A DNA stretch of 32,000 bases from Nostoc sp. XA010 (GCF_020829625.1 NZ_JAIVFX010000034.1:37633-69632); one strand, 5' to 3'; positions 1 to 9,012 are shown, counted from the stretch's first letter. Program-made: numbers and translations. Notes: generated by a model not told the origin, from the letters alone.

Positions 1-497
1 ATCGTCGGCACGTCTTTAGCTGCCTTTTTCCCCAGATTCCAGACAGCCTGAATCACGATCGCAATTATTACAGGTTTAATTCCATAGAGCAGCCATTCCA
101 CTTGGGGGACAGTTTGATAGCGAGCATAAATGGCGGCTAATGCCCAAACTATCAGCATCGCAGGTAGAATAAAGCAGCTACCCGCAACCAGTAACCCACG
201 CCATCCCGCTCGTTCGTAGCCAATGTGAATCGCTAATTCCGTCGAGTTGGGGCCTGGAATCAAATTCGTAATTCCTAGCAAATCTAGCAGTTTCTCCCGG
301 CTCATCCACTGACGGCGATTCACCACTTCATTGTCCATCATGGCGATGTGGGCAGCAGGACCACCAAAAGCGATCGTCCCCAGTCGTAAAAACACCGTTG
401 CCAGTTCTGTTAATCGCTGCTTCTGTTGTCTGGGAGTCAAAGCCTTATAGGAAAACGCTTCTTGCTCTTTCTGGATATCCTCAGCTTCTTGTGTCAC
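1..497 (-). CDS. chrA: Chromate transporter (CHR family), N-terminal part; the gene runs off the left edge of the window
   Basis: Not in the ORF track because it is partial. Reverse-strand translation from GTG (497-495) is open to position 1. It reads ...LTELATVFLRLGTIAFGGPAAHIAMMDNEVVNRRQWMSREKLLDLLGITNLIPGPNSTELAIHIGYERAGWRG..., a motif string typical of ChrA-type transporters. Confidence 0.7.
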   Translation of the reverse strand, partial: MTQEAEDIQKEQEAFSYKALTPRQQKQRLTELATVFLRLGTIAFGGPAAHIAMMDNEVVNRRQWMSREKLLDLLGITNLIPGPNSTELAIHIGYERAGWRGLLVAGSCFILPAMLIVWALAAIYARYQTVPQVEWLLYGIKPVIIAIVIQAVWNLGKKAAKDVPT

Positions 498-645
498 TAT
501 AGTTTTCCTGATTATGGATAAAGTACAGAAAAAATATTTAACCACAGATGAACACAAAGGTTTGTAGGAACACGGTATTGCCCATGTGTGTCAACTTAAG
601 CCAAAAGGTGGTCAGTGAATGACACTAACCACCATGCGTGAGACT

Positions 646-2532
646 TTATTTAACAATTCCTGAATGACCAGCGATATCTGCTAAAGGTTCAAATCTGCCG
701 CCTAAGTATTTGGCAAGAAACTCTTCTGCGATCGCAAAAAAGTGTAGCCGATTTTCTGGTCTGGCAAAACCATGTCCTTCATCTGTGTAAAGTGCATATT
801 GTACTGGCAAACCAGCCTGCTGCATTGCATTGACAATTTGATCGCTTTCTGATTGTTTCACTCGCGGATCATTTGCACCTTGACCGATAAGTAAAGGTTT
901 TTGAATTCGGTCAGCAAAGAATAAAGGCGATCGCGATTTCAAAAATTCCTCTTCTGTCTCTAAGTTACCGACACGATGATAAAGCATTGCCTTTAATGGT
1001 TCCCAATAAGGCGGTATAGTTTCTATCAAAGTAATTAGGTTACTCGGCCCCACAATATCCACACCAGCCGCAAAGATTTCTGGTGTAAAAGTTAACCCTA
1101 CTAGAGTGGCGTAACCTCCATAAGAACCGCCCATAATCGCAATCTTTTGGGGGTCGGAAATGCCTTTTTCCACTAACCAGTTCACGCTGTCAATCAGATC
1201 GTCGTGCATTTTGCCAGCCCATTCTCGATTTCCAGCATTCAAAAATGCTTTACCGTAGCCAGTGGAACCGCGAAAGTTTACTTGCAGAACAGCATAACCC
1301 CGGTTAGCTAGCCATTGCGTTGTGGGAGAAAAACCCCAAGTATCCCGCGCCCAAGGGCCGCCATGAACCAATAATACTGTTGGTAGATTCTGAGTAGGTA
1401 TTCCTACAGGGGTTGTCAGATAACTGTGGATAGTTAAGCCATCCCGCACTTCGTAAGAAATCGGTTGCATTGAAGCTAACTGCAACGTTTCGAGTTTGGG
1501 TTGGTTACTAAAGAGGAAGGTGCTAGTTTTTGACTCTCGGTTGTAGGCATAGTAATAAACTGGCCCATCGTCAGTTCTATAAGCTACTAGCCAAGTTTTA
1601 TCTTCCAAGTCGCGGCTAATTACAGAGAATTCTCCAGGACGTACCTTGGCAATTTCCTCAAAATCTGCGGCGATACTCTGGTCAATTACTTGCCATTCCT
1701 GTTTATCTTTGTAGAAAGAAACTGCTTGGATAACTCGCGTCAGTGGCTGAATGATTATCCCCACCACATCATACTGCTGGTTTTCAGCAATGACAGTTTC
1801 TTGACGGGTGTCTAAGTCAACAGCTAGCAGACGTTTGGCGTTAGCATCGTGATTCCCTTGAATATAAAGGGTTTTACCATCAGCCGAGAAACTTACGGAA
1901 TTCCCTTCTTCCTCTGACCCCCAGTGGCGAAGAATTTCCCACTGTTTATCGGGTTTCTGCAATAAGAGGTCGTAACCACCATCCGGTGCGCTAGCTGTCG
2001 CTGCCCGTATTTGGAAATCAGCGTCAGATGTCCAACTGATAATGTTACCGGGGTTGTCAGTGTCGAACTCCACAGCACCATTTTTTAAGTTGATGCGGTA
2101 AACGTCAAACTTTTGGGGATTGTTCAAGTTCAAAGCTACCAGCACTTGCTCTGGAAATTTGGGTTCCAGTTCCACGAGTTCGGCTTTTACACCCTGGAAT
2201 GGCGTTAAGTCACGCACAATCTTGGAGTGAATATTAACCAAGTGGAGGTGAAAGTTCTCGTCGCCATCCGAGTCCTGCATATAAATCAACTGGTCGGCGT
2301 TATAAGTCCAGAAGAAAATGCGGATACCGCGCTTTTTGTCGGCAGTTAGTATCTGGTCGTCTTCTTGTCCTACAGTTCGCAACCAAACCTGCAAGACATT
2401 TTTCTCATCGGGGGCGATATATGCCAAGTACTTGCCATCAGGCGAGAGTTGCGGGCTGGTTTTTTCGGGATTCCCAAACAGAATTTCGCGCGGAATGAGT
2501 GGTGGTGTGGAGGGCGCTTGAGCAGATGACAT
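646..2532 (-). CDS. S9 family serine peptidase (prolyl oligopeptidase / acylaminoacyl-peptidase type) with an N-terminal beta-propeller region
   Basis: 628-aa ORF with GAGGAT about 8 nt upstream of the ATG. The C-terminal alpha/beta-hydrolase part carries the nucleophile motif GGSYGG, then GANDPRV and DEGHGF as candidate Asp and His of the triad. Confidence 0.85.
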   Translation of the reverse strand: MSSAQAPSTPPLIPREILFGNPEKTSPQLSPDGKYLAYIAPDEKNVLQVWLRTVGQEDDQILTADKKRGIRIFFWTYNADQLIYMQDSDGDENFHLHLVNIHSKIVRDLTPFQGVKAELVELEPKFPEQVLVALNLNNPQKFDVYRINLKNGAVEFDTDNPGNIISWTSDADFQIRAATASAPDGGYDLLLQKPDKQWEILRHWGSEEEGNSVSFSADGKTLYIQGNHDANAKRLLAVDLDTRQETVIAENQQYDVVGIIIQPLTRVIQAVSFYKDKQEWQVIDQSIAADFEEIAKVRPGEFSVISRDLEDKTWLVAYRTDDGPVYYYAYNRESKTSTFLFSNQPKLETLQLASMQPISYEVRDGLTIHSYLTTPVGIPTQNLPTVLLVHGGPWARDTWGFSPTTQWLANRGYAVLQVNFRGSTGYGKAFLNAGNREWAGKMHDDLIDSVNWLVEKGISDPQKIAIMGGSYGGYATLVGLTFTPEIFAAGVDIVGPSNLITLIETIPPYWEPLKAMLYHRVGNLETEEEFLKSRSPLFFADRIQKPLLIGQGANDPRVKQSESDQIVNAMQQAGLPVQYALYTDEGHGFARPENRLHFFAIAEEFLAKYLGGRFEPLADIAGHSGIVK

Positions 2533-2635
2533 ATTTTCATCCTCTACTTGACTTCCCTATTGTCACTTAGTGGTGAAAATGACAATTCATCCTATTGGGT
2601 GAACCTCATTGGAGGATAAGGGATAAGGTATTTAT

Positions 2636-2761
2636 CTCCTGAACGAGTCTTTGATACTCGTGAACGAGGCTTTTAGCTCCATTCATCCACCTTTTATCCT
2701 CGTGAACGAGGCTTTTAGCTCCATTCATCCACCTTTGATACTCGTGAACGAGTCTTTTATA
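2636..2761. repeat. Tandem array with 21/42-bp periodicity directly 3' of the recQ-like stop codon
   Basis: Two nearly identical 42-bp units (2657-2698, 2699-2740) are flanked by 21-bp half units (2636-2656, 2741-2761). Each starts with the short palindrome CTCGTGAACGAG (first copy CTCCTGAACGAG), at 2636, 2657, 2699 and 2741. Confidence 0.85.
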
Positions 2762-2762
2762 C

Positions 2763-4208
2763 TCATTGACGGCAATTATCGCAATGTCCGCAACGCAAGT
2801 TAGCAGCTTCTTTGTTAAAACCAAAGGCATTTAACAAAAACTGCCAACGACACTGCTTAGTTGTCAGGTATTGATGCATCTGTTTAGCAGCGTGTAATTG
2901 AGTCGGTGGCTGATTTCCGGCTTTTTGCTCAATGATGTAATGAAAAGGATCAAGCCAGTTTAGCTGACCACTGCTATGGAGTAAAGCTAGCGCCGTTGCA
3001 CCTTCGGGAAATTGTCGAGTTACTGCATTCACTTCTCCCTGTTTAGGTAATTTTTTCACAAGTTGCTGCGCTATTTGCTGTTGCGATCGCATTTTTTCTT
3101 GAAAAAACTCCTGTCTTTGCTTATCCTCTGGATCTAACCATCCCGTAGGTTCACTTACCAATGTCAACGCTTCTGCCGGTTTCCCATCCCTTCCAGCCCT
3201 GCCAATTTCTTGCACATATTCAGATAACAAATGTGGCGCGTGAAAATGGGCAACCCACCTGACATTACTTTTATTAATCCCCATACCAAACGCACAGGTA
3301 CACACAACAAAAGGAATTTTGCCACCTAACCAGCTTGCTTCTACTTCACGGCGTTCGGTTGCACCCAATCCTGCATGATAACTAGCTGTTGCATAACCCA
3401 TCTCTGCTAACCATTGGGCTAAATCTTCGCTATCTCTCCGAGTGCGAACATAAACTAACCCCGATTGTTGCGGTCTATTTTGAATAAACTTTAATAATTG
3501 TTGTTTTCTACCTCGTGGTGTCCAAGCAATGCGAACGCTGGGATGCAAGTTTGGACGGTAGGGGTTTAAACGGAAAATCTCTGGTTGCTGTAATTGTAAA
3601 ACTGTTTGAATAATCTTTTGGGCTAATGGGTCAGCAGTCGCGGTAAAAGCGGCGATGCTGATTTTTGTTCCTGGTGGTTTTGATTTTAGCAATGCCGGAC
3701 GCACAGCCCCTAATCTGCGATAAGCTGGACGAAACGTGTCTCCCCACTGCACTAAACAATGAGCTTCATCCAAAATTAAGCCATTAATTTGCAATTGCGG
3801 CTGACATAATCTCTCCCACACTGGCGCACTTAGCAAAGTTTCTGGGGACAAATAAAGCAATCTTAGCTGTTGACGTTCTAAAGCTTGCAGAGTTGCACGG
3901 CGTTGAGATGAAGGTAATTCACTATGCAAAAGTGCTGCTTTTTGATTGCTTTGTAATAGTTCCTGAACTTGATTTTCCATCAACGCCACTAAGGGCGAAA
4001 CTACCAAAGTTAATCCTGTTTGTAGTAGCGCGGGAAGTTGAAAACAAATTGACTTTCCTCCACCTGTAGGCATAATAATCAGCGCATCTTTTTTTGCTAA
4101 TAAACTGCTGACAATTTCTCCTTGTGGCGGACGGAAATCTTCATAACCCCAGATTTTTTTAAATGTAGCGAGAACTTCTTGCCAAGATTTTATTGTAGGC
4201 TGATTCAT
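2763..4208 (-). CDS. recQ: RecQ-family ATP-dependent DNA helicase (short form with helicase core and Zn-binding RecQ-Ct, too short for an HRDC domain)
   Basis: Motifs present are PTGGGKS (Walker A), LDEAHC (DEAH), FTATA and EIGRAGRDG, plus the C-terminal Cys cluster C..(N)..CGHCDNC. ATG at 4208 (MNQPTIKSW) is preferred over the GTG at 4226 used in the track. Confidence 0.85.
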   Translation of the reverse strand: MNQPTIKSWQEVLATFKKIWGYEDFRPPQGEIVSSLLAKKDALIIMPTGGGKSICFQLPALLQTGLTLVVSPLVALMENQVQELLQSNQKAALLHSELPSSQRRATLQALERQQLRLLYLSPETLLSAPVWERLCQPQLQINGLILDEAHCLVQWGDTFRPAYRRLGAVRPALLKSKPPGTKISIAAFTATADPLAQKIIQTVLQLQQPEIFRLNPYRPNLHPSVRIAWTPRGRKQQLLKFIQNRPQQSGLVYVRTRRDSEDLAQWLAEMGYATASYHAGLGATERREVEASWLGGKIPFVVCTCAFGMGINKSNVRWVAHFHAPHLLSEYVQEIGRAGRDGKPAEALTLVSEPTGWLDPEDKQRQEFFQEKMRSQQQIAQQLVKKLPKQGEVNAVTRQFPEGATALALLHSSGQLNWLDPFHYIIEQKAGNQPPTQLHAAKQMHQYLTTKQCRWQFLLNAFGFNKEAANLRCGHCDNCRQ

Positions 4209-4367
4209 AATCAATAGTAGATACACTTATATCCTTGAAAACTGAATATAGCCTCTGTTATCTAGCTAATGGTTCAGTAATTTCATCATCTTAGGTTGCA
4301 ATCTACTGACTACAAGGATGAATTAAAACTAATATTTTATAAAACCTAGAAATAGCTTAACTGAAGG

Positions 4368-4435
4368 CTTGACTCACCCGCCTGGAACTAAAGTTCTTTG
4401 GCTTTCAGCTAAAGTCTAACTCGGTAGACTCAAGA
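4368..4435. repeat. Partial copy of a multi-hairpin dispersed (MITE-like) repeat family
   Basis: CACCCGCC, the hairpin GGAAC-TAAA-GTTC, GGCT, ..CAGCTAAAGTCT and ..AGACT match the left half of the elements at 13428-13552 and 25400-25522. Confidence 0.5.
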
Positions 4436-4464
4436 TTTTGGATGTATAGCGCAATACAGTTTAG

Positions 4465-4815
4465 TTAAGCATTTACACCATCATCATAAGCTTCCAGATA
4501 TGCCTTTATCTCTGCATTCATTTCTTGAATTCCTTGCTGTGCCACCCTTGCCCAACCCATAGTCCGCAGATATCTGTCAGTCTCTACCTGAGAGGAACCA
4601 AACATTTCTGACAGTCGCCCAGAACCAATGTGTTGCCAAAAATCCATTTGCCAAAATCGGTCTTGGGCGTGGATATAACCTTGCGCCATAAATAAATCAT
4701 GGGAGTTGGCAGCATAAATATGGGGAATTCTCCATTTCTCGCGCTGGACAGTTACTTCTGTCACTGCGGTATGTTCTTCCGTGAAAACGACGTATTTATT
4801 AGAAGTTGACCACAA
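4465..4815 (-). pseudogene. Remnant of a penicillin acylase (S45 / Ntn-hydrolase) family gene
   Basis: The 116-aa ORF reads ...WRIPHIYAANSHDLFMAQGYIHAQDRFWQMDFWQHIGSGRLSEMFGSSQVETDRYLRTMGWARVA...LEAYDDGVNA*. This corresponds only to an N-proximal piece of the much larger acylases. There is no signal peptide and no downstream continuation, since only about 240 bp of repeat-containing DNA follows. Confidence 0.6.
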
Positions 4816-4879
4816 GATTCCAAAATCGCAGGGCGTTTATACAGATCATAGTGCGTTTAAAAAAAGTTAAACATACATT

Positions 4880-4893
4880 ATTGATATATCAAT
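4880..4893. promoter_or_regulatory. Perfect 14-bp palindrome ATTGATATATCAAT, a possible operator upstream of the small ORF at 4944
   Basis: The palindrome is read directly from the sequence. It lies about 50 nt upstream of the ATG at 4944 in an AT-rich region. Any function is inferred. Confidence 0.3.
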
Positions 4894-4943
4894 GTATTTG
4901 CTATACATTTTTTATGTAAGTTTTAATTTTAGAGGTTTTACGA

Positions 4944-5171
4944 ATGGTTATTAAAATTTTAGAATTAGGTATTCTCAGGGAGCTTACCGAAGAAGAAGAA
5001 GAAAGCTATAAAGGAGGTACTTCCACAGAAGGTGCAGATATCCCTGTTAGTGGCGTTCCCAAAGTCAAGGATGCTACTGGTAAACCTCCTACATCTCACG
5101 TAAATCTTGTGCCAAAACCACCTGTTGTGTCAAAACCACCTGTTGAGCCACAAGAAATTGAAACAACCTAA
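4944..5171 (+). CDS. Small hypothetical protein, possibly a double-glycine-leader (cyanobacterial bacteriocin-like) peptide precursor with a Pro-rich C-terminal region
   Basis: 75-aa ORF with AGAGG about 8 nt upstream of the ATG. The N-terminus MVIKILELGILRELTEEEEESYKGG resembles GG-type leaders. The remainder is Pro/Lys/Val-rich and has an internal direct repeat, CAAAACCACCTGTTG twice, encoding PKPPVV and SKPPVE. Confidence 0.4.
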   Translation: MVIKILELGILRELTEEEEESYKGGTSTEGADIPVSGVPKVKDATGKPPTSHVNLVPKPPVVSKPPVEPQEIETT

Positions 5172-5260
5172 GTATAAGCTGCTACTAGCAATTTCATAAG
5201 ATAAAAAACAGCTATTGTTCCTACGTTTGACAAGGCTAGTCCTAATTTTTATTAAACTAT

Positions 5261-7963
5261 TCAAGTACGTCCGGTAAGGTTGGCAATTACGGCTGCTAAC
5301 TCGCCCGGATTGACTGGTTTGGGGACATGGAGTTGAAAGCCTGCTAACAGAGCTTGCGTGCGATCTTCTGCCCTAGCATAGGCTGTCAGCGCTACTGCTG
5401 GAATCCGCCCACCTTGGTCTGCTGGTAGCGCCCTGACTTGACGAATTAGTGTGTAGCCGTCTTCTTGTGGCATACCAATATCGCTCACCAGTATATGGGG
5501 GCGAAATTCTTGCAGGGCAAGCAGTGCATCACTTGCAGATGGAGCAGCCATGACTTGGGCCCCATACTGTCCCAGAATCATGGTGAGCAAATGACGCGCG
5601 TCGGCCTCATCATCAACAATCAGCACCCGTAAGTCATCTAGCTTTGGCAGGTAATTGTTAGCGTCTTGGGTATCTCCAACAGATGAAAGCTGCTCTGCGG
5701 TATTAGCCTCTACATAGACGGCTTTCATTGGCAAATTGACAATGAATGTCGCCCCCTCTCCAATTCCTGGACTTTCGGCAGAGACTGTGCCGCCGTGTAA
5801 TTCTACTAAGTGGCGGACGATCGCTAACCCTAATCCTAATCCACCATGCGATCGCGTGATCGAACTGTCTTCTTGACGGAAGCGTTCAAATACATGCGAC
5901 AGGAATTCGGCAGCAATTCCTACTCCTGTATCGCTCACCCGAATTTGCACGTAGGATTCAATGCGCTCCAATTGCACATCAATTCTTCCCCCCTTGGGTG
6001 TAAACTTAACAGCGTTGGAGAGCAAATTCCACACAACTTGTTGCAAGCGGTTGGCATCACCCACAACTACCCCTAATTCCGGGTCGAATTTACAGTTGAT
6101 GCTAATCTCTTTGGCCTGGGCTGCTGGGTACACAGTATCGATTGCTGCCTCTACAAGTGGTACAAGTTTTACCCGATGAATATTTAGATGCAGTGTGCCT
6201 CTAATAATCCGCGAAACATCTAAGACATCTTCGATTAGTTGAGCTAGGGATCTAGTGTTACGCTCGATTGTCTCTAGTGCCCGGCTAGTAGTAGTCTCAT
6301 CAAACTTGCGATTCCTAAGTAGCTGCGTCCAACCCAATATCGCGTTTAAGGGTGTGCGGAGTTCGTGGGAGAGTGTGGCGAGAAATTCATCTTTCATGCG
6401 GTTTGCAGCTTCTGCATCGGCTCGTGCTGCTTGTTCGCGCTCAAGCAATTGTTCACGTTCTTGCTCTGCTTGCTTGCGCTCGGTAATATCAATCATGAAT
6501 CCATGTAATAGTTGCGGCCCATTCTCATCCCGCACCACATTAACAATGTCATACAACCATACGACTCTGCCATCAGCCGCCAGCATTCTGTATTCAAATT
6601 CGTAATTATTCAGTAATAAAGAAGACTCTTGGCAATACTGAATAGCCCACTCCTGATCTTCTGGATGCATGTGTTTTGCCCAGAAATTATCGGTGTACCA
6701 GTCTGACAATTGATAGCCAAGAATATCAACGGTTTGCGGCCCTACATAGGTAAAATTATTGGTAGTAGCATTTACCTCCCAAGGAATCACGCGGACTTTT
6801 TCTGTGAGTGTCCTTAACCGTTTTTCGCTATGTTTAAGAGCTGCTTCTGCTAACTTGTAAAGTGTAATATCTGTGATTAGGGCAACAAATCCTTCAACTT
6901 TTTCTTGCTGACTAAACTGGGGAACGTAAGTGACATTCACGTAATGGTTTGTGCCATCTTTATCGGGTACTTGGGTTTCGTAAGTTACTTGTTCTCCTGA
7001 AAGTACCCTTTCTATATAAGGAAGAATTGACTCATAAACTGATTCTCCGACAATTTCTCTAATGTGTTTACCATAAATTTCTGCAGTAGGAATTCCAAAC
7101 CAGTCTTCATATCCTTTATTATTAAAGCGATAACACTGTTCGTTATCAACATAGGATATCTGGACAGGTACAGCATTTGTAATCAGGCGGAGTTGATCTT
7201 CTTGTTGGCGCAGTGCTGCTTCTACTTGTTTGCGTTCGCTTAAATCAAGTACAAAACAGATAACATGCTCTGGATTATTTTCTAATAAGGCGCAACCTAA
7301 CAGGATGGGAACACGGCTACCATCTTTGCGGATGTATTCGTTCTCAAAGGGCTGACACACGCCTTTGGTTGTGAGTTCTGCGATAGCACTGTTGTTAGCT
7401 TCAATATATTCTGGTGGTATGATGTCGCGCCATCGAAGCCCTCCTAGCAAATCCTCTTGCGAATAACCTACCATTGTTAAAAAAGCATCGTTAGCTTCTG
7501 CGTAGGCGTAGCCCGCCGTAGGCATCGCCCCGTCCATATTGGCTACAATTACCCCAATAATGTTGGAATCTACCAACCTTCTAAATTTTGCCTCGCTCAC
7601 CTGTAGCTTCTGCAAACTCATTTGAAGATGTTGTTTAGCAGTGCGTAACTCTGAGGTGAGCAAGCTGATAAGTATTGTTACCAGCATAAATAAGCCTAAC
7701 CGCACTATGCTGTTAAGATTATCAACAAAGAGCGAAAACACTGGCTCTAAGAAAAAGAAGCTGACGGCTAAAGTAGACAAAGCAGTAGCTAGTAACCCTG
7801 CTTTCATACCCCCATACCAAGTACTAACCGCTACGGCAGGAAAAAATAGCAGAAAAATAGTTGGTTTTAGTAGTGGCTGTAGCAATAGTGTTAGTTGCAA
7901 TGCGCTACCAACAGCTAATAATGTCACAGCATAGGGCGCTAGAAGGGAACGTGTTCCTTTCAA
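5261..7963 (-). CDS. Hybrid sensor histidine kinase: N-terminal membrane segment, multiple PAS domains, HisKA/HATPase and a C-terminal receiver
   Basis: 900-aa ORF with a TTG start at 7963 preceded by AAGGAG 8 nt upstream. Motifs are the H-box LSHELRTPLNAILGW, NLLSNAVKFT, DTGVGI and GLGLGLAIV. The receiver shows VLIVDDEADARH...LVSDIGMP...VPKP. Confidence 0.9.
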   Translation of the reverse strand: MKGTRSLLAPYAVTLLAVGSALQLTLLLQPLLKPTIFLLFFPAVAVSTWYGGMKAGLLATALSTLAVSFFFLEPVFSLFVDNLNSIVRLGLFMLVTILISLLTSELRTAKQHLQMSLQKLQVSEAKFRRLVDSNIIGVIVANMDGAMPTAGYAYAEANDAFLTMVGYSQEDLLGGLRWRDIIPPEYIEANNSAIAELTTKGVCQPFENEYIRKDGSRVPILLGCALLENNPEHVICFVLDLSERKQVEAALRQQEDQLRLITNAVPVQISYVDNEQCYRFNNKGYEDWFGIPTAEIYGKHIREIVGESVYESILPYIERVLSGEQVTYETQVPDKDGTNHYVNVTYVPQFSQQEKVEGFVALITDITLYKLAEAALKHSEKRLRTLTEKVRVIPWEVNATTNNFTYVGPQTVDILGYQLSDWYTDNFWAKHMHPEDQEWAIQYCQESSLLLNNYEFEYRMLAADGRVVWLYDIVNVVRDENGPQLLHGFMIDITERKQAEQEREQLLEREQAARADAEAANRMKDEFLATLSHELRTPLNAILGWTQLLRNRKFDETTTSRALETIERNTRSLAQLIEDVLDVSRIIRGTLHLNIHRVKLVPLVEAAIDTVYPAAQAKEISINCKFDPELGVVVGDANRLQQVVWNLLSNAVKFTPKGGRIDVQLERIESYVQIRVSDTGVGIAAEFLSHVFERFRQEDSSITRSHGGLGLGLAIVRHLVELHGGTVSAESPGIGEGATFIVNLPMKAVYVEANTAEQLSSVGDTQDANNYLPKLDDLRVLIVDDEADARHLLTMILGQYGAQVMAAPSASDALLALQEFRPHILVSDIGMPQEDGYTLIRQVRALPADQGGRIPAVALTAYARAEDRTQALLAGFQLHVPKPVNPGELAAVIANLTGRT
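7499..7528. repeat. Small dispersed repeat (about 29 bp, GCGTAGGCGTAGCCCGYCGKAGRCATCGC family), copy inside the kinase CDS
   Basis: TGCGTAGGCGTAGCCCGCCGTAGGCATCGC is near-identical to copies at 8027-8055, 17130-17158 and 20492-20520 (reverse orientation), with a weaker copy at 13346-13376. Confidence 0.8.
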
Positions 7964-8026
7964 TGTGGCTTCTCCTTGTATGCAGCTAGCTAGCTAAAGG
8001 ATTATTCCCAAAATCAGCTAGACAAT

Positions 8027-8055
8027 GCGTTGGCGTAGCCCGTTGTAGACATCGC
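8027..8055. repeat. Small dispersed repeat, intergenic copy
   Basis: GCGTTGGCGTAGCCCGTTGTAGACATCGC belongs to the same family as 7499-7528. Confidence 0.75.
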
Positions 8056-8175
8056 TAAACATTTATTATGCATCGGAAAAATACACCTTTAAGTGGTTAG
8101 TTACTGTGAATCTATCTAAAGTAATAAAACTTACTTTTAATACAGGTCAATAACCTGATAATTGTCGCTCTAATT

Positions 8176-8232
8176 ATATATCTATGCTTTTTGAGCCTCC
8201 ATCAAAAAGCATAGATATATTAATTTTTTAGG
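8176..8232 (+). terminator. Orphan terminator-like hairpin (17-bp perfect inverted repeat plus a T-run) with no annotated plus-strand gene upstream
   Basis: ATATATCTATGCTTTTT (8176-8192), an 11-nt loop and AAAAAGCATAGATATAT (8204-8220) are followed by TAATTTTTTAGG. The T-run is present only on the plus strand. Confidence 0.35.
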
Positions 8233-8951
8233 TTAATTTATTTTAGTATATTAAGTTATCATTTTTCATTTGCCTTTAATCTTAATTAAACCTCGTATAG
8301 CAATCCGATAGCGAAGCGGTAGCGAGTCAGACGCTCCTGCGTCGCTAACGCTGCGCTATCGAGCGTCTTTGATTTCTGAATCACTCGTAGAGGTAAGGGA
8401 CTCTTTACTGGGGACTGGGAAGAAGGAATAAAGGTGTACTGAGTTTTGTTCAAAAATCAAATATGAGTCCTATATCTCCAATAAGTGTTTATCCTTCAAA
8501 AGCTGACAACTTGCTTCAAAAAGTTCTTTAATTCATCCGCCAGTTGCACAAAAATCATTCTGTTAGCGGTAGCGGGGCGTTTAGCCCATTCTGATTCCTG
8601 ACTCCTGAATTCTGTTTTGATAAATAGAATTGATTAATTGTACTAAAATACCGAATTTAAAATCGTATCTTTTTCTTCTAATTGTGACTTGTGTAAATAG
8701 AAAAAGAGATTAAAGTTAAGCAAACAATCAACATAATCGGCGGCTGCAATTATGGCCGTTTCAGTAGAAAGGCTTGTCGTTGTTCCTTGTATAATTCAGC
8801 AAGATTATTGTTGGTTTCTCGCTCATAGATTCCATTACTAACGAGCGTATCTAGTTAGGTTTTGCCAGAGTTACTTGGATGAATCATGCACTTTTTGCGT
8901 TATTAGTAATCAATAGACTAGGGAATGGGGCATAAGCACATGGAAAAATTA

Positions 8952-9012
8952 CCAATGCCCAATGCCCAATGCCCAATCCCCAATCCCCCATGCCCAATCC
9001 CCAATGCCCAAT
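8952..9012. repeat. STRR-type heptamer tandem array (CCCAATG/CCCCAAT)
   Basis: CCAATGCCCAATGCCCAATGCCCAATCCCCAATCCCCCATGCCCAATCCCCAATGCCCAAT has a 7-bp period and sits immediately upstream of the helicase ATG. Confidence 0.9.

Noticed and set aside
2606-2830. 74-aa minus-strand ORF (…LVHEYQRWMNGAKSLVHEDKRWMNGAKSLVHEYQRLV…)
   Set aside because: Its repetitive protein sequence is simply the translation of the 21/42-bp tandem array. It also overlaps the 3' end of the recQ-like gene, so it is most likely not a gene.
5846-7934. Plus-strand ORFs 5846-6076, 5961-6179, 6255-6605 and 7641-7934
   Set aside because: All lie antisense inside the strongly supported 900-aa histidine kinase gene. Their products are Ser/Cys/Arg-rich, which is typical of antisense frames.
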